A stretch of 64,000 nucleotides of DNA from an uncultured delta proteobacterium (GTDB lineage Bacteria; Desulfobacterota; Syntrophia; Syntrophales; UBA5619): NCBI GenBank assembly GCA_963817385.1, contig CAWFOM010000010.1, forward strand, positions 32,001-96,000, read 5' to 3'. The notes under the pieces were generated by a model. That model did no database searches, was not told the origin of the DNA, and saw only the letters and a program-made list of their open reading frames with translations. The position numbers were made by a program, and so were the translations under genes. Numbering within the stretch: position 1 is the first letter of the stretch; the number at the start of each line of letters is the position of its first letter. Of this stretch, positions 49,983 through 63,333 are shown in pieces.

Positions 49983-50472
49983 GATGAAAGTGTCGGGCCT
50001 CACCATGGATCCGATTACCAACACCCCGATCGTCATCCTGAAGGATCTTGAGGAGAAGAGGGCGATCCCGATATGGATCGGCATTTTCGAGGCCAGCGCC
50101 ATTGCGACCGAGATCGAGAAGATCACCTTCTCGCGACCCATGACCCATGATCTCCTCCATGAAATCCTCAAGGCGCTGAAGGCTGAGGTGATGCGTGTGG
50201 AAATCCACGACTTGCGCAACAACACGTTTTTTGCTAATATTCAGCTTCTCACCGAAGGGAATCTGATCGTCGTCGACGCCCGTCCCAGCGACGCGATCGC
50301 CATTGCTCTCCGCGCCGGCGCCTCGATCTTCGTGGACAGCAATGTTATCGAAAAATCACGGAATGTAGACTTCGGCACGAAGATGACCGATCTTGACCGT
50401 TTGAAGAAAGAAAAACTTGCCGAATTCCTCGAGAATCTCTCCCCGGAAGATTTCGGAAAGTACAAGATGTGA
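49972..50472 (+). CDS. Bifunctional nuclease family protein (DUF151)
   Basis: PIWIG..EA.AI, RPMTHDL, DARPSDAIA; GGAGG RBS. Confidence 0.9.
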   Translation: MFIEMKVSGLTMDPITNTPIVILKDLEEKRAIPIWIGIFEASAIATEIEKITFSRPMTHDLLHEILKALKAEVMRVEIHDLRNNTFFANIQLLTEGNLIVVDARPSDAIAIALRAGASIFVDSNVIEKSRNVDFGTKMTDLDRLKKEKLAEFLENLSPEDFGKYKM

Positions 50473-50491
50473 AAACGTGCATATCCCATTT

Positions 50492-50537
50492 GCCACGAAA
50501 GCCCGCTTGAGGACACGCTTTCGTGGCTGTTATTTTT
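50492..50537 (+). terminator. Possible intrinsic terminator before xerC
   Basis: GCCACGAAAGC...GCTTTCGTGGC stem (14-nt loop) followed by TGTTATTTTT. Confidence 0.5.
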
Positions 50538-50549
50538 GTGAGGCGGCAG

Positions 50550-51482
50550 GTGACATCTCTCGAGCAGGCGATCAAGGAATTCGACAGGCATATGGCGGTC
50601 GAGCGGAATCTCTCGGACCGGACAAGGAAGAGCTACCTCTCCGACCTCCGCCAGTACCGGGTGTTCCTGGAAAATCAGTCTTCACCTGCCCGAGAGGGAG
50701 ACGCAATGCCCGTGGATCAGATGGCCATACGCTCGTTTCTCGCGTCATTCTACCGTCAGAAATGCCGGAAGGTAACCATCTCCCGCAAGGTGGCTGCGCT
50801 CAGGTCCTTCTATCGCTATCTCCTGAGGGAAGGAAAGGTGCGGTTCAATCCTGCGGAACTTGTTGAGCTTCCGCGGTGCGAGAAGCATATCCCCGTCGTC
50901 CTGTCGGTCGATGAGATCCTCTCCCTGCTTCGGGTGAATTTCCCCGAAGATCCGGCGGGACTCCGAGACCGGGCGATGATCGAGCTTTTCTATTCGGCGG
51001 GAATCCGCCTGAGCGAGTTGACGGGGCTCAACATCGAAGACCTCGATTTCACCCGGGGCCTGCTCAAGGTCCGGGGGAAAGGGCGGAAGGAGCGGATCGT
51101 GCCGGTGGGAAAGGCGGCGTCCGAGGCCATCGACGTCTATCTGAAAAGACGCGGTGAGCTTTCGGCGAAACGAACGGGATCCGTCACGGATGAACCATTG
51201 TTTATCAGCACCCGGGGAAAAAGGATGAATGCGCGAGGGGTGGCACGGGTTGTCGAACGGGTGGTCCTCCAGAGCGGGATCGGTCGGAAGATCAGCCCCC
51301 ATACCCTGCGTCATACCTTTGCGACACATCTGCTCGACGCCGGTGCAGACCTCCGTTCCATCCAGGAGATGCTCGGCCACGAGAGCCTTTCGACGACACA
51401 GAAATATACGACGGTCAGTGTGAGCCGTCTTATGGAGATCTATGACCGGTCCCACCCGCGGGCCGGAGGAGGGAAGACGTAA
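50550..51482 (+). CDS. xerC: Tyrosine recombinase XerC
   Basis: GIRLSEL, GKGRKER, HTLRHTFATHLL, LGH, TQKY; canonical xerC-hslVU context. Confidence 0.9.
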   Translation: MTSLEQAIKEFDRHMAVERNLSDRTRKSYLSDLRQYRVFLENQSSPAREGDAMPVDQMAIRSFLASFYRQKCRKVTISRKVAALRSFYRYLLREGKVRFNPAELVELPRCEKHIPVVLSVDEILSLLRVNFPEDPAGLRDRAMIELFYSAGIRLSELTGLNIEDLDFTRGLLKVRGKGRKERIVPVGKAASEAIDVYLKRRGELSAKRTGSVTDEPLFISTRGKRMNARGVARVVERVVLQSGIGRKISPHTLRHTFATHLLDAGADLRSIQEMLGHESLSTTQKYTTVSVSRLMEIYDRSHPRAGGGKT

Positions 51483-51485
51483 ACG

Positions 51486-52067
51486 ATGAAGATCCGGGGA
51501 ACAACCATCTTGGCGGTGAAGCACCGGGGAAAGGTTACCGTGGCGGGTGACGGCCAGGTGACGCTTGATACGACGGTCATGAAACATGGGGCGAGAAAGG
51601 TTCGCCGCCTCTATCACAATCAGGTGATCGTCGGTTTCGCCGGCGCGACCGCCGACGCATTCACCCTCTTCGACCGTTTCGATCAGAAGCTCGAACAGTA
51701 TAAGGGGAACCTGCTCAGGGCGGCCGTAGAACTTACCAAGGACTGGCGAACGGATCGAGTGCTTCGCCATCTGGAGGCCCTGATGATCGCCGTCAGCCAG
51801 GAGTCCTTCCTGATCATCTCGGGAAACGGCGATGTCATCGAGTCGGACGACAATGTGATGGCCATCGGTTCGGGCGGGCCATACGCCCTCGCGGCGGCCC
51901 GCGCACTGGTCCGCTATTCGGACCTCACCGCTACGGAGATCGCCCGGGAATCGGTGAAGATTGCCTCCGAAATATGCATCTTTACGAATGACCGGATTAC
52001 CGTAGAAGAACTCGATCTTGAAAAAGAACCGGAAAAGGATCCGGGGAAGGATAAGGAAAAAGGCTGA
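51486..52067 (+). CDS. hslV: ATP-dependent protease subunit HslV
   Basis: [26 protein letters not shown]. Confidence 0.97.
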   Translation: MKIRGTTILAVKHRGKVTVAGDGQVTLDTTVMKHGARKVRRLYHNQVIVGFAGATADAFTLFDRFDQKLEQYKGNLLRAAVELTKDWRTDRVLRHLEALMIAVSQESFLIISGNGDVIESDDNVMAIGSGGPYALAAARALVRYSDLTATEIARESVKIASEICIFTNDRITVEELDLEKEPEKDPGKDKEKG

Positions 52068-52069
52068 AT

Positions 52070-54397
<2,328 letters not shown>

Positions 54398-54493
54398 CAG
54401 TTTGTGAAAAAGAAAAGGGAGTTTTAGGGGAGAAGGGACATTCCCTTATGATCAGCGGAATGCCTGTTCTCGCGGGAGTAAAGGAGAGGTACG

Positions 54494-55693
54494 GTGAGAG
54501 AAAAGATGACTACCGAGGAATTGATCGCCCTGTCGGATCGATACATCATGTCTACGTACAAGCGTTTCCCCGTCGTCCTGACGCGGGGGCTCGGCGTCCA
54601 TGTATGGGATAATGACGGGAAGGCATATCTCGATTTGGTCGGAGGAATAGCCGTCTGCGCGCTCGGCCACTCCCATCCGCGGGTCGTAGAGGCCGTGAAA
54701 AGGCAAGTGGAAAAACTTACCCACGTCTCGAATCTCTACCATATCGAAAACCAGATCCATCTGGCCCGTCTCCTGGTGGAGAATTCCTGCCTGGACAAGG
54801 TGTTCTTCTGCAACAGCGGAGCGGAGGCCAACGAAGCGGCGATCAAGCTTGCCCGGAAATATGCTTCCGAAAACATGGACGGGAAATACGAACTGATCAC
54901 GATGCAGGACTCCTTCCACGGCCGGACCCTCGCAACCGTGACGGCGACGGGGAAAGAGCAGTTTCAGACCGGTTTTGCGCCGCTGCCGGCAGGATTTAGG
55001 TATGTCCCCTACAATGATCTGGCCGCCCTGGAGGCGGCGGTCACAGAGCATACGTGCGGCGTGATGGTAGAGCCGATCCAGGGGGAGGGGGGGGTCGTCC
55101 TTCCTGCCCCGGGGTATCTGCAAGGGATCAGGAAAATCTGTGATGAACGCAATCTCCTGATGATCGTCGACGAGGTCCAGACGGGAATCGGGCGGACGGG
55201 TACGTTGTTTGCCTGCGAACACGAGGATGTTACCCCCGACATGATTACCCTTGCCAAGGCTCTGGGGAACGGTTTCCCCATCGGTGCGCTCATGGCGACC
55301 GAACGGATAGCCGCGGCATTTGTTCCGGGGAGCCACGGTTCCACATTCGGCGGCAACCCGCTCGCGACTGCGGCGGGGATAGCCACCTTGGAGACGCTCC
55401 TCGACGAAGGGGTCCTCGAAAATTGCCGCCTTGTCGGCGACTATTTTCTCGCCAGGCTCGGTGATCTGAAGCAGAAGAATACCCGGGTCAAGGAGGTTCG
55501 TGGACAAGGGCTGATCCTTGCGATCGAACTGACCGTCCCCGGGGCGGACTTCGTCCTTGCGTGCATGCAAAAAGGGCTGCTGATCAACTGCACCAACGGC
55601 AACGTCCTGCGCTTTGTCCCTCCGTTGATCCTCACGAAAACCGACGTTGAAAAGGCCGTGGGAATCCTCGAAGAAGTCCTGGAGGAGCGATGA
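54494..55693 (+). CDS. argD: Acetylornithine aminotransferase
   Basis: NSGAEANE, FHGRT, EPIQGEGG, DEVQTG, AKALG, HGSTFGGNP. Confidence 0.95.
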   Translation: MREKMTTEELIALSDRYIMSTYKRFPVVLTRGLGVHVWDNDGKAYLDLVGGIAVCALGHSHPRVVEAVKRQVEKLTHVSNLYHIENQIHLARLLVENSCLDKVFFCNSGAEANEAAIKLARKYASENMDGKYELITMQDSFHGRTLATVTATGKEQFQTGFAPLPAGFRYVPYNDLAALEAAVTEHTCGVMVEPIQGEGGVVLPAPGYLQGIRKICDERNLLMIVDEVQTGIGRTGTLFACEHEDVTPDMITLAKALGNGFPIGALMATERIAAAFVPGSHGSTFGGNPLATAAGIATLETLLDEGVLENCRLVGDYFLARLGDLKQKNTRVKEVRGQGLILAIELTVPGADFVLACMQKGLLINCTNGNVLRFVPPLILTKTDVEKAVGILEEVLEER

Positions 55694-56598
55694 AAAAAGA
55701 CCTGCTGAGTGAATATGACCTTGAGAAGAATGACTACGAATGCATATTCGAAAAAGCCCACCGCCTGAAGAGGCTGCTTCGGGAGGGGAGGGAGCATGCC
55801 ACCCTCCGGGGGAAGACCCTGGGGATGATCTTCGACAAATCTTCCACCCGAACCCGGATCTCCTTCGAGGTCGGGATGTACCAGTTGGGAGGTATCGCCC
55901 TGTTTCTCAGCAACCGCGATACCCAGCTCGGCAGGGGGGAGATCATCGCCGATTCGGCTCGGATCATGTCGCGTTATCTCAATGGGATCATGATTCGAAC
56001 ATTTTCCCAGGCATCCGTGGAGGAGTTCGCCCGCTATGCCACCATTCCCGTCATCAACGGCCTCACCGACCTGCTCCATCCGTGTCAGCTCCTGAGCGAC
56101 CTGTTCACGATCATCGAGAAGCGGGGAGGGTACGAGGGGTTGAAGATCGTCTATATCGGAGACGGCAATAACATGGCAAACTCCTGGATCAACGCCGCTG
56201 CGAAGCTGCCATTTCACCTTGACCTTGCCTGCCCCGACGGGTATGATCCGGATAGCGTGATCCTGAAGCGGGGGGTGGCGGAGGCGCCGGCCGGCATCGT
56301 TCTTCACCGGGACCCCACCGAAGCAGTACGGGACGCCGACGTCGTTTACACCGATGTCTGGGTCAGCATGGGTCAGGAGACGGAACGGGAAGAGAGAATG
56401 AGGCGATTTCGGGGATATCAGGTCAATCAAGGCTTGATCGATCGGGCCAAGAAAGATGTTCTGGTCATGCACTGCCTCCCTGCCCACCGCGGCGAGGAGA
56501 TAACGGCTGAGGTGATCGACGGTTCACACTCCGTCGTCATCGATGAGGCGGAAAACCGCCTCCATGTCCAGAAAGCTGTCATGGAACTGTTGATGTGA
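55690..56598 (+). CDS. argF: Ornithine carbamoyltransferase
   Basis: SSTRT, HPCQ, DVWVSMG, HCLP. Confidence 0.96.
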   Translation: MKKDLLSEYDLEKNDYECIFEKAHRLKRLLREGREHATLRGKTLGMIFDKSSTRTRISFEVGMYQLGGIALFLSNRDTQLGRGEIIADSARIMSRYLNGIMIRTFSQASVEEFARYATIPVINGLTDLLHPCQLLSDLFTIIEKRGGYEGLKIVYIGDGNNMANSWINAAAKLPFHLDLACPDGYDPDSVILKRGVAEAPAGIVLHRDPTEAVRDADVVYTDVWVSMGQETEREERMRRFRGYQVNQGLIDRAKKDVLVMHCLPAHRGEEITAEVIDGSHSVVIDEAENRLHVQKAVMELLM

Positions 56599-56611
56599 GG
56601 AGGGTTGTATT

Positions 56612-57823
56612 TTGAATGAGGTCAAGAGAGTGGTTCTCGCCTATTCGGGGGGACTCGATACATCGGTCATTGTACGCTGGCTCATTGAGACCTACCACTG
56701 TGAGGTAATCGCCTTTGCCGCCGACATCGGCCAGAAGGAGGAGCTGACGGGACTCAGGGAAAAAGCGATCAAGACGGGGGCCTCCAAGATTTATATCGAC
56801 GATCTCCAGGAGGAGTTCGCCCGGGAGTTTGTTTTCCCGGCCCTCCGGGCGAATGCCATTTATGAGGGGACCTATCTTCTGGGAACCTCTCTTGCCCGGC
56901 CGCTCATCGCAAAAAGGCAATTGGAGATTGCGAAGCTCGAAGGTGCCGATGCGGTCTGTCACGGCGCCACGGGTAAGGGGAACGACCAGGTGCGGTTCGA
57001 ACTGACCTATATCGCCCTCAATCCCGCCATTCGGATCATCTCGGCTTGGAAAGACGAACACTGGACCTTCGACTCGCGGGCCTCGATGATCGACTATGCC
57101 GAGAAACACGGGATCCCCATTCCGCTGACGCGGGAGAAGCCTTACAGCAGCGACCGGAATCTCCTGCACATCTCCCATGAGGGAGGGATTCTCGAGGATC
57201 CCTGGGCCGAACCGAAGGAGGACATGTTCGTCCTCACCGCCTCCCCGGAAACGGCGCCGGACAAGCCCACCTATGTGGAGATCGGATTCGAGCGGGGAAA
57301 CCCCGTGACCGTTGACGACAAGGCCATGACGCCGGCCAAGCTTCTGGATCACCTGAACCGGATCGCGGGCGAAAACGGCATCGGTCGCGTGGATATGGTG
57401 GAGAACCGCTTCGTCGGCATGAAGTCGCGCGGGGTCTATGAGACGCCCGGAGGTACCGCGCTCTGGGCCGCCCACCGAGCCGTCGAGTCGATCACGATGG
57501 ATCGCGAGGTCATGATGATGCGTGATTCCCTCATCCCGAAATACGCCCAGCTTGTCTACAACGGTTTCTGGTATGCCCCGGAGATGGTCGTTCTCCAGCG
57601 GTTCATCGATGAAACGCAGGAAGGGGTGACGGGAACGGCCCGTCTCAAGTTATACAAGGGAAACTGTATCGTAGTCGGGAGAAAGTCGCCCTTTTCCCTC
57701 TACAGCGAAGATTTTGCCACCTTCGAAAAGGATCAGGTTTACGATCAGAAGGATGCGACGGGCTTCATCCGCCTCAACGCCCTTCGCCTGCGGATCAAAG
57801 CGATGATGAATGCCGCGCGGTGA
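56612..57823 (+). CDS. argG: Argininosuccinate synthase
   Basis: [33 protein letters not shown] start after GAGGAGG. Confidence 0.97.
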   Translation: MNEVKRVVLAYSGGLDTSVIVRWLIETYHCEVIAFAADIGQKEELTGLREKAIKTGASKIYIDDLQEEFAREFVFPALRANAIYEGTYLLGTSLARPLIAKRQLEIAKLEGADAVCHGATGKGNDQVRFELTYIALNPAIRIISAWKDEHWTFDSRASMIDYAEKHGIPIPLTREKPYSSDRNLLHISHEGGILEDPWAEPKEDMFVLTASPETAPDKPTYVEIGFERGNPVTVDDKAMTPAKLLDHLNRIAGENGIGRVDMVENRFVGMKSRGVYETPGGTALWAAHRAVESITMDREVMMMRDSLIPKYAQLVYNGFWYAPEMVVLQRFIDETQEGVTGTARLKLYKGNCIVVGRKSPFSLYSEDFATFEKDQVYDQKDATGFIRLNALRLRIKAMMNAAR

Positions 57824-57891
57824 ATGGCGGAGAAGCGAAACGGTACCGGATTGCGATAATGCAAAAACGCTCAACCAAACGGCATGATACA

Positions 57892-59271
57892 ATGGTGAAA
57901 ACGCAGGATAAGCTATGGGGCGGCAGGTTCAGTGAGCCGACAGACCGGGAAGTGGAGGCATTTACGTCATCGCTCCATTATGACCGGCGCTTGTCCCGGT
58001 TCGATATCGAAGGGAGCATCGCCCACGCCAGAATGCTCGCGAAACAGGGGATCATCAGCAAGGCAGAATCACAGGCGATCGTGGGCGGGCTGCGGAGGAT
58101 CCACGACGACATCGAGGGCGGGAATTTTTCTTTTCACCCCGATGACGAAGATATCCACATGGCAATCGAGAAGGCCCTAAGCGGCCTTATCGGGGAAACC
58201 GCCGGCAAACTGCATACCGCAAGGAGCCGAAACGATCAGATCGCCCTCGATATCCGACTCTACCTGCGGGATGAGATCGGCCGGACGAGGCGGCTCGTTG
58301 CAGAGCTTAAATCGGGGTTCCTTGACCTGGCGAAGAAGGAGTGCGGCGTCATCCTTCCCGGATATACCCACATGCAGAAAGCGCAGCCGGTTCTCCTTGC
58401 CCATTATCTGCTTGCCTTCTGGGAGATGCTGGATCGGGACGGAGCGCGCCTCCGGGACTGCATCAAGCGAGTGAATGTCATGCCGCTCGGGTCGGCCGCC
58501 CTCGCGGGGACGTCTCTCCCTATCGACCGGCACTACGTCGCCCGCCTCCTTCATTTTCCCACGGTCACCGAAAATAGCATGGATAGCGTCTCCGATCGGG
58601 ATTTTGTCGCGGAATTTGTCTTTGCCGCCTCACTCATCATGATGCATCTGAGCAGATTCTGTGAGGACATCGTCCTGTGGTCCAGCGATGAATTCGGTTA
58701 TGTGGAGATCGCAGACGCCTTCACGACGGGAAGCAGTATTATGCCCCAGAAAAAGAACCCGGACGTGGCGGAACTGATCCGGGGGAAAACAGGCCGCGTT
58801 TACGGTCACCTCGTAGCCCTGCTCACGATCCTCAAGGGTCTGCCCATGACCTATAACCGGGATCTTCAGGAGGACAAGGAGCCCCTTTTCGATACGGTCG
58901 ACACGCTGCAGGCGTGTCTAAAGGTTCTCACCGCGATGATCGGCCATCTCTCCTTCAAGCGGACGAGGATGGAAGCGGGGGCGGCAGGGGGATTCTCTAC
59001 CGCAACGGATGTCGCCGAATACCTGGTTATGAAGAAGGTGCCGTTCCGCGAGGCCCATGGCATTGTCGGAAAGCTGGTGGCTTTCTGCATTCGGAAAAAA
59101 AAGACGCTCTCGGCTCTCACGCTGACGGAACTCCGAAAATTTCATCCGGGATTCGAAAAAGATCTTTTCGATTGTTTGACGGTCAGACAGTCGGTCAATG
59201 CGCGGAGCGCGACCGGCGGTACGGCAGAGGAGACGGTCCGCACAAGGATCAGGGAGATCGAGGGCGGATGA
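57892..59271 (+). CDS. argH: Argininosuccinate lyase
   Basis: LWGGRF, RSRNDQ, GSSIMPQKKNPD; start could be further upstream. Confidence 0.96.
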   Translation: MVKTQDKLWGGRFSEPTDREVEAFTSSLHYDRRLSRFDIEGSIAHARMLAKQGIISKAESQAIVGGLRRIHDDIEGGNFSFHPDDEDIHMAIEKALSGLIGETAGKLHTARSRNDQIALDIRLYLRDEIGRTRRLVAELKSGFLDLAKKECGVILPGYTHMQKAQPVLLAHYLLAFWEMLDRDGARLRDCIKRVNVMPLGSAALAGTSLPIDRHYVARLLHFPTVTENSMDSVSDRDFVAEFVFAASLIMMHLSRFCEDIVLWSSDEFGYVEIADAFTTGSSIMPQKKNPDVAELIRGKTGRVYGHLVALLTILKGLPMTYNRDLQEDKEPLFDTVDTLQACLKVLTAMIGHLSFKRTRMEAGAAGGFSTATDVAEYLVMKKVPFREAHGIVGKLVAFCIRKKKTLSALTLTELRKFHPGFEKDLFDCLTVRQSVNARSATGGTAEETVRTRIREIEGG

Positions 59272-59720
59272 GACGAAACCGACTTCTCCTCGGTTCGTTG
59301 ACCGGGATTATCATGCTGTCGCTTTTCTGCATGGGATGCGGCAAGAAGGACGACCCGATGCCTCCGCAGATAAGACTGCCGGTCATTACCGATCTCGGCG
59401 TTCATTCCCTCCAGGAGGGGATTGTTCTTGGCTGGTCGTTGATCGGCCCCACCGACGACCTCGGCGGGTTCAAGATCATCCGGAGCGAAACGATCGATGG
59501 AAGCCGCGCATGCCCGGGATGTCCGCAGGATTATCACCCCTTCGGGACGGTAGCCCTTGCCGATGACCGCCTGAAACGCGAAGAAGGAAAGAGATTCCGA
59601 TATGTCGATACCGACGTCAGGGCCGGGGGGTTCTATTCCTACCGGATCGCGGTGTGCAATCGCACAGGAAATTGCGGCGAGGCGTCAAACGAGTCCGGCA
59701 TGATCCATACGGGCCGCTGA
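59268..59720 (+). CDS. Lipoprotein with LptM/YifL-like N-terminal motif and FN3-like domain
   Basis: Signal peptide then GCGKKDDPMPP; CPGC; YVDTDV..G..YSYRI; ATGA overlap with argH. Confidence 0.75.
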   Translation: MRRNRLLLGSLTGIIMLSLFCMGCGKKDDPMPPQIRLPVITDLGVHSLQEGIVLGWSLIGPTDDLGGFKIIRSETIDGSRACPGCPQDYHPFGTVALADDRLKREEGKRFRYVDTDVRAGGFYSYRIAVCNRTGNCGEASNESGMIHTGR

Positions 59721-59751
59721 GTGTTCTTGCAGGAACGAAGAGAAAGGACCC

Positions 59752-61011
59752 ATGAATTACTTCAACTTTCAGGATGACAACCTCTTTTGTGAGGAAGTCC
59801 CGGTTCAGAAAATCGCCCGGGAGGTGGGCACCCCTCTGTATCTTTACAGCCACCGGACGCTTCTGCACCACTTCCGGGTCTTCGACGCCGCTTTCGCGGA
59901 TGTGCCTCACATCGTCTGCTTTGCCGTTAAGGCCAATTCGAACACATCAATCCTCCGGATCTTCGTCCGCGAAGGGGGCGGGATGGACCTCGTCTCCGGC
60001 GGGGAGCTCTATCGCGCCCTGAAAGCCGGCGCAGACCCGGGGAAAATCGTTTATTCCGGGGTGGGAAAACGCGATGATGAGATCGATTATGCCCTCAAAA
60101 CAGGCATCCTTATGTTCAATGTCGAGTCCGACCAGGAACTGGAGACTATCAACGCCCGGGCGGGTGCGATGGGCGTCCGGGCGGGTATCGGGCTCAGGGT
60201 CAACCCGGATGTGGATCCGCAGACCCATCCCCATATTTCAACGGGTCTTAAGGAAAACAAATTCGGCATCGACATTGAGGGTTCCCTCAGAGCCTACCGG
60301 CGCTCTGCCGCATTGCGCAATCTGGATATCAAAGGGGTGAGTTGTCACATCGGTTCACAGATAACAAAAATCGCTCCCTTTATCGATGCCCTTGGACGGC
60401 TTCGGGAACTGATCCGGAGCCTTCGAGACGAGGGAATTGCGATTCGCTATCTCGATCTCGGCGGCGGCCTCGGCATCACTTACAACCAGGAAGCTCCCCC
60501 CCACCCCTCGGAATATGCAAGGGCGATCATCGACGCCGCGAAGGGGATGGACTGCACGTTTATCTTTGAGCCGGGCCGGGTGGTTGTCGGAAACGCCGGT
60601 ATCCTGGTTGCACGGGTCCTCTACACGAAGGGAAATGAAGGGAAACGGTTTATTATCGTCGATGCCGGGATGAACGATCTGATCCGTCCGAGCCTCTACG
60701 GTTCCTACCAACAGATCCTGCCGGTTGTCATGAAGGAGAGGGGAGAGATCACCGCAGACGTTGTCGGTCCGATCTGCGAATCAGGCGATTTTCTGGCAAA
60801 GGGACGACAGTTGCCCGCCATGGAACGGGATGAACTCATCGCGGTGATGAGCGCTGGCGCCTATGGTTTCAGCATGTCGTCCAACTACAATTCGCGCCCC
60901 CGGGTACCGGAGGTTCTGGTCAGGGACGACCGCTATTATGTGATCCGTAAGAGGGAGAGCTACGAGGATCTGATCCGTGGTGAAAAGATACCGGAATTTA
61001 TGAATCGTTAA
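59752..61011 (+). CDS. lysA: Diaminopimelate decarboxylase
   Basis: FAVKANS, HIGSQ, DLGGG, EPGR, GPICESGD, SNYNSRP. Confidence 0.97.
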   Translation: MNYFNFQDDNLFCEEVPVQKIAREVGTPLYLYSHRTLLHHFRVFDAAFADVPHIVCFAVKANSNTSILRIFVREGGGMDLVSGGELYRALKAGADPGKIVYSGVGKRDDEIDYALKTGILMFNVESDQELETINARAGAMGVRAGIGLRVNPDVDPQTHPHISTGLKENKFGIDIEGSLRAYRRSAALRNLDIKGVSCHIGSQITKIAPFIDALGRLRELIRSLRDEGIAIRYLDLGGGLGITYNQEAPPHPSEYARAIIDAAKGMDCTFIFEPGRVVVGNAGILVARVLYTKGNEGKRFIIVDAGMNDLIRPSLYGSYQQILPVVMKERGEITADVVGPICESGDFLAKGRQLPAMERDELIAVMSAGAYGFSMSSNYNSRPRVPEVLVRDDRYYVIRKRESYEDLIRGEKIPEFMNR

Positions 61012-61031
61012 AGATAAATCAAGGAGGAGTT

Positions 61032-61907
61032 ATGTTTGGAGGCGCAATAGTCGCAATCGTTACGCCATTTAGGAATGGAAAAGTTGATGAGGAAGCGCTC
61101 AGGAAACTCATCGATGAACAAATCGCTGCCGGTACGGATGGCATTGCCCCCTGCGGCACGACCGGGGAATCGACCACCCTGTCCCATGAGGAACATGACC
61201 GCGTGATCGAAATCACGATCGATGCGGTGCGAAAACGGGTGCCGGTCATTGCCGGGACCGGTTCCAACAGCACGGCAGAGGCCCTTCGTCTGACGCGGCA
61301 CGCATGGGAAGCAGGCGCTGACGGCGCTCTGATCGTCTGTCCCTATTACAACCGCCCGACCCAGGAGGGGCTCTGTCAGCACTACCGGACCATTGCGGAA
61401 GAGGTTCCGATACCGATCATTATCTACAACATTCCCAGTCGGACGGGAACGAATCTTCTGCCGGAGAATCTGGCAAAACTTGCGAAAATCCCGAACATCG
61501 TCGGGGTAAAGGAGGCCTCCGGTTCCCTCAAACAGATGAGCGATGTGATCCAGTTGTGCGGACCGGAATTCGATGTGCTTTCCGGGGATGACATATTTAC
61601 CCTGGCGCTCCTCGCCATCGGCGGTAAAGGCGTCATCTCCGTCATCTCCAACGTCGCACCGGGTGATATGGCGGCGATGGTCGATGCATTTGCCGCCGGG
61701 GATCTGGGAAAGGCCCGCTCGCTCCATTATCGGATGAGCCCCTTGATCGATGCCCTGTTTATCGAAACGAATCCCATACCGGTCAAGGCTGCTCTTTCCC
61801 TTATGGGGAAAATCGAGTATGAATTGAGGCTGCCCCTTTGCAGGATGACGGCCAAGAACGAAGAGTTCTTGAAAAAGGTGATGCAGAGCTACGGCTTGAT
61901 TCAGTAG
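61032..61907 (+). CDS. dapA: 4-hydroxy-tetrahydrodipicolinate synthase
   Basis: GTTGES, PYYN, YNIPSRT, GVKEASG, ETNPIPVK. Confidence 0.96.
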   Translation: MFGGAIVAIVTPFRNGKVDEEALRKLIDEQIAAGTDGIAPCGTTGESTTLSHEEHDRVIEITIDAVRKRVPVIAGTGSNSTAEALRLTRHAWEAGADGALIVCPYYNRPTQEGLCQHYRTIAEEVPIPIIIYNIPSRTGTNLLPENLAKLAKIPNIVGVKEASGSLKQMSDVIQLCGPEFDVLSGDDIFTLALLAIGGKGVISVISNVAPGDMAAMVDAFAAGDLGKARSLHYRMSPLIDALFIETNPIPVKAALSLMGKIEYELRLPLCRMTAKNEEFLKKVMQSYGLIQ

Positions 61908-61919
61908 GAGGTCCCAAGA

Positions 61920-62729
61920 ATGCTCAAGGCTATTGTGACCGGCGCCGGCGGCCGGATGGGAGGGCGGATTATCAGCCTTCTTGCGACGACCGACGGGATT
62001 GAGCTGGCCGGCGCCGTGGAAAGAAAGGGACACCCCCTGATCGGAAGGGATGTCGGCGAGGGGCTCGGCCTCGGCCGGATCGGAGTCCTCATCGAGGACG
62101 ATCTTGTCGGATGCATCGGGCGCGGGGACGTCGTAATCGATTTCACCTCCCACGACGTCTCCGCCGATCACCTGCAGATCGCAGCCGCAAACGGTCGGGC
62201 CATGGTGATCGGCAGCACGGGCTTTACGGTCGACGAGATGAAGAAAATCCGCGAGCGGGCGGGTGACGTCCGGTGCGTCCTCGCCCCGAACATGAGCATC
62301 GGGGTGACAGTCCTGATGAAAGTCCTGGCCGATGTCGCCCGGACACTCGGCGCTGATTACGATATTGAGATTATCGAGGCGCACCATAACATGAAGAAGG
62401 ACGCCCCGAGCGGCACGGCGCTGAAGATGGCGCAGGTCATCGCGGAGAGTCTCGGGCGCGATCTCGAACGGGTCGGCGTCTACTGCAGAAAGGGGATGAT
62501 CGGTGAACGGACGAAGCCGGAGATCGGGATCCAGACGCTCCGGGCGGGGGACATCGTGGGAGACCATACGGTGATATTCGGCGGGATGGGTGAGAGACTG
62601 GAATTTATCCACCGCGCCCACAGCCGGGATAATTTTGCCCGCGGGGCTATCCGGGCGGCCCTGTGGGTGGCCGGCAGGGAAAACGGAATCTACGACATGC
62701 AGGATGTCCTTGGGTTGAGGGCGGGGTAG
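61920..62729 (+). CDS. dapB: 4-hydroxy-tetrahydrodipicolinate reductase
   Basis: GAGGRMG, IDFT, EAHHNMKKDAPSGTA. Confidence 0.96.
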   Translation: MLKAIVTGAGGRMGGRIISLLATTDGIELAGAVERKGHPLIGRDVGEGLGLGRIGVLIEDDLVGCIGRGDVVIDFTSHDVSADHLQIAAANGRAMVIGSTGFTVDEMKKIRERAGDVRCVLAPNMSIGVTVLMKVLADVARTLGADYDIEIIEAHHNMKKDAPSGTALKMAQVIAESLGRDLERVGVYCRKGMIGERTKPEIGIQTLRAGDIVGDHTVIFGGMGERLEFIHRAHSRDNFARGAIRAALWVAGRENGIYDMQDVLGLRAG

Positions 62730-62740
62730 CGAGGTTTTCA

Positions 62741-63307
62741 ATGGAGTTCCCGTGTCAGGCGGGCGGAGAAATCCGAGGGGTTATTGCCTTTATCGGGATC
62801 GGATCAAATCAGGGAAACCCGGCCGATGCCTGTCGGGAGGCGGTGCGGAAACTATCGGACGCTTGCGAGGTCAGGTTGTTGCGCTGCTCGTCCCTGTACC
62901 GGACGGAACCGGTGGGACCACAAGACCAACCGTGGTTCGTTAATACTGTTGCGGAGATCAGAACATCCCTCCCGCCCCGACCGTTGTTTGAAATATTAAA
63001 AGAGATAGAACGGCGGATGGGCAGGACCGAAGGGCCGAAGTGGGGGCCGCGGCTCATCGATCTGGATCTTCTCCTATACGGCCAGGAGGTCGTAAATGAG
63101 CGCGACCTGGTCATTCCTCACCCGGAGCTGCACCGGCGGCGTTTTGTCCTCGTTCCCCTCTGCGAACTCGCTTCCTATATGATCCATCCCGCCTTCGGCG
63201 TTTCTTCGCGCGGGCTCCTGGAACGTCTGGAGGATACGTGTCGTGTGGAAAGTTATGATTCGGCGGTTGCAGCAGGGGAGGATAAGAACGGCATATCAAA
63301 AAGGTGA
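62741..63307 (+). CDS. folK: 2-amino-4-hydroxy-6-hydroxymethyldihydropteridine diphosphokinase
   Basis: IGIGSNQG, SSLYRTEP, WGPRLIDLDLL, PHP, RRFVLVPL. Confidence 0.95.
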   Translation: MEFPCQAGGEIRGVIAFIGIGSNQGNPADACREAVRKLSDACEVRLLRCSSLYRTEPVGPQDQPWFVNTVAEIRTSLPPRPLFEILKEIERRMGRTEGPKWGPRLIDLDLLLYGQEVVNERDLVIPHPELHRRRFVLVPLCELASYMIHPAFGVSSRGLLERLEDTCRVESYDSAVAAGEDKNGISKR

Positions 63308-63333
63308 GCATGGATGTTGTTGAAGGATGAACG

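Noticed and set aside
50550..51482. Tyrosine recombinase as a prophage or island integrase
   Set aside because: XerC-like motifs in the conserved xerC-hslV-hslU context; no att sites or cargo genes
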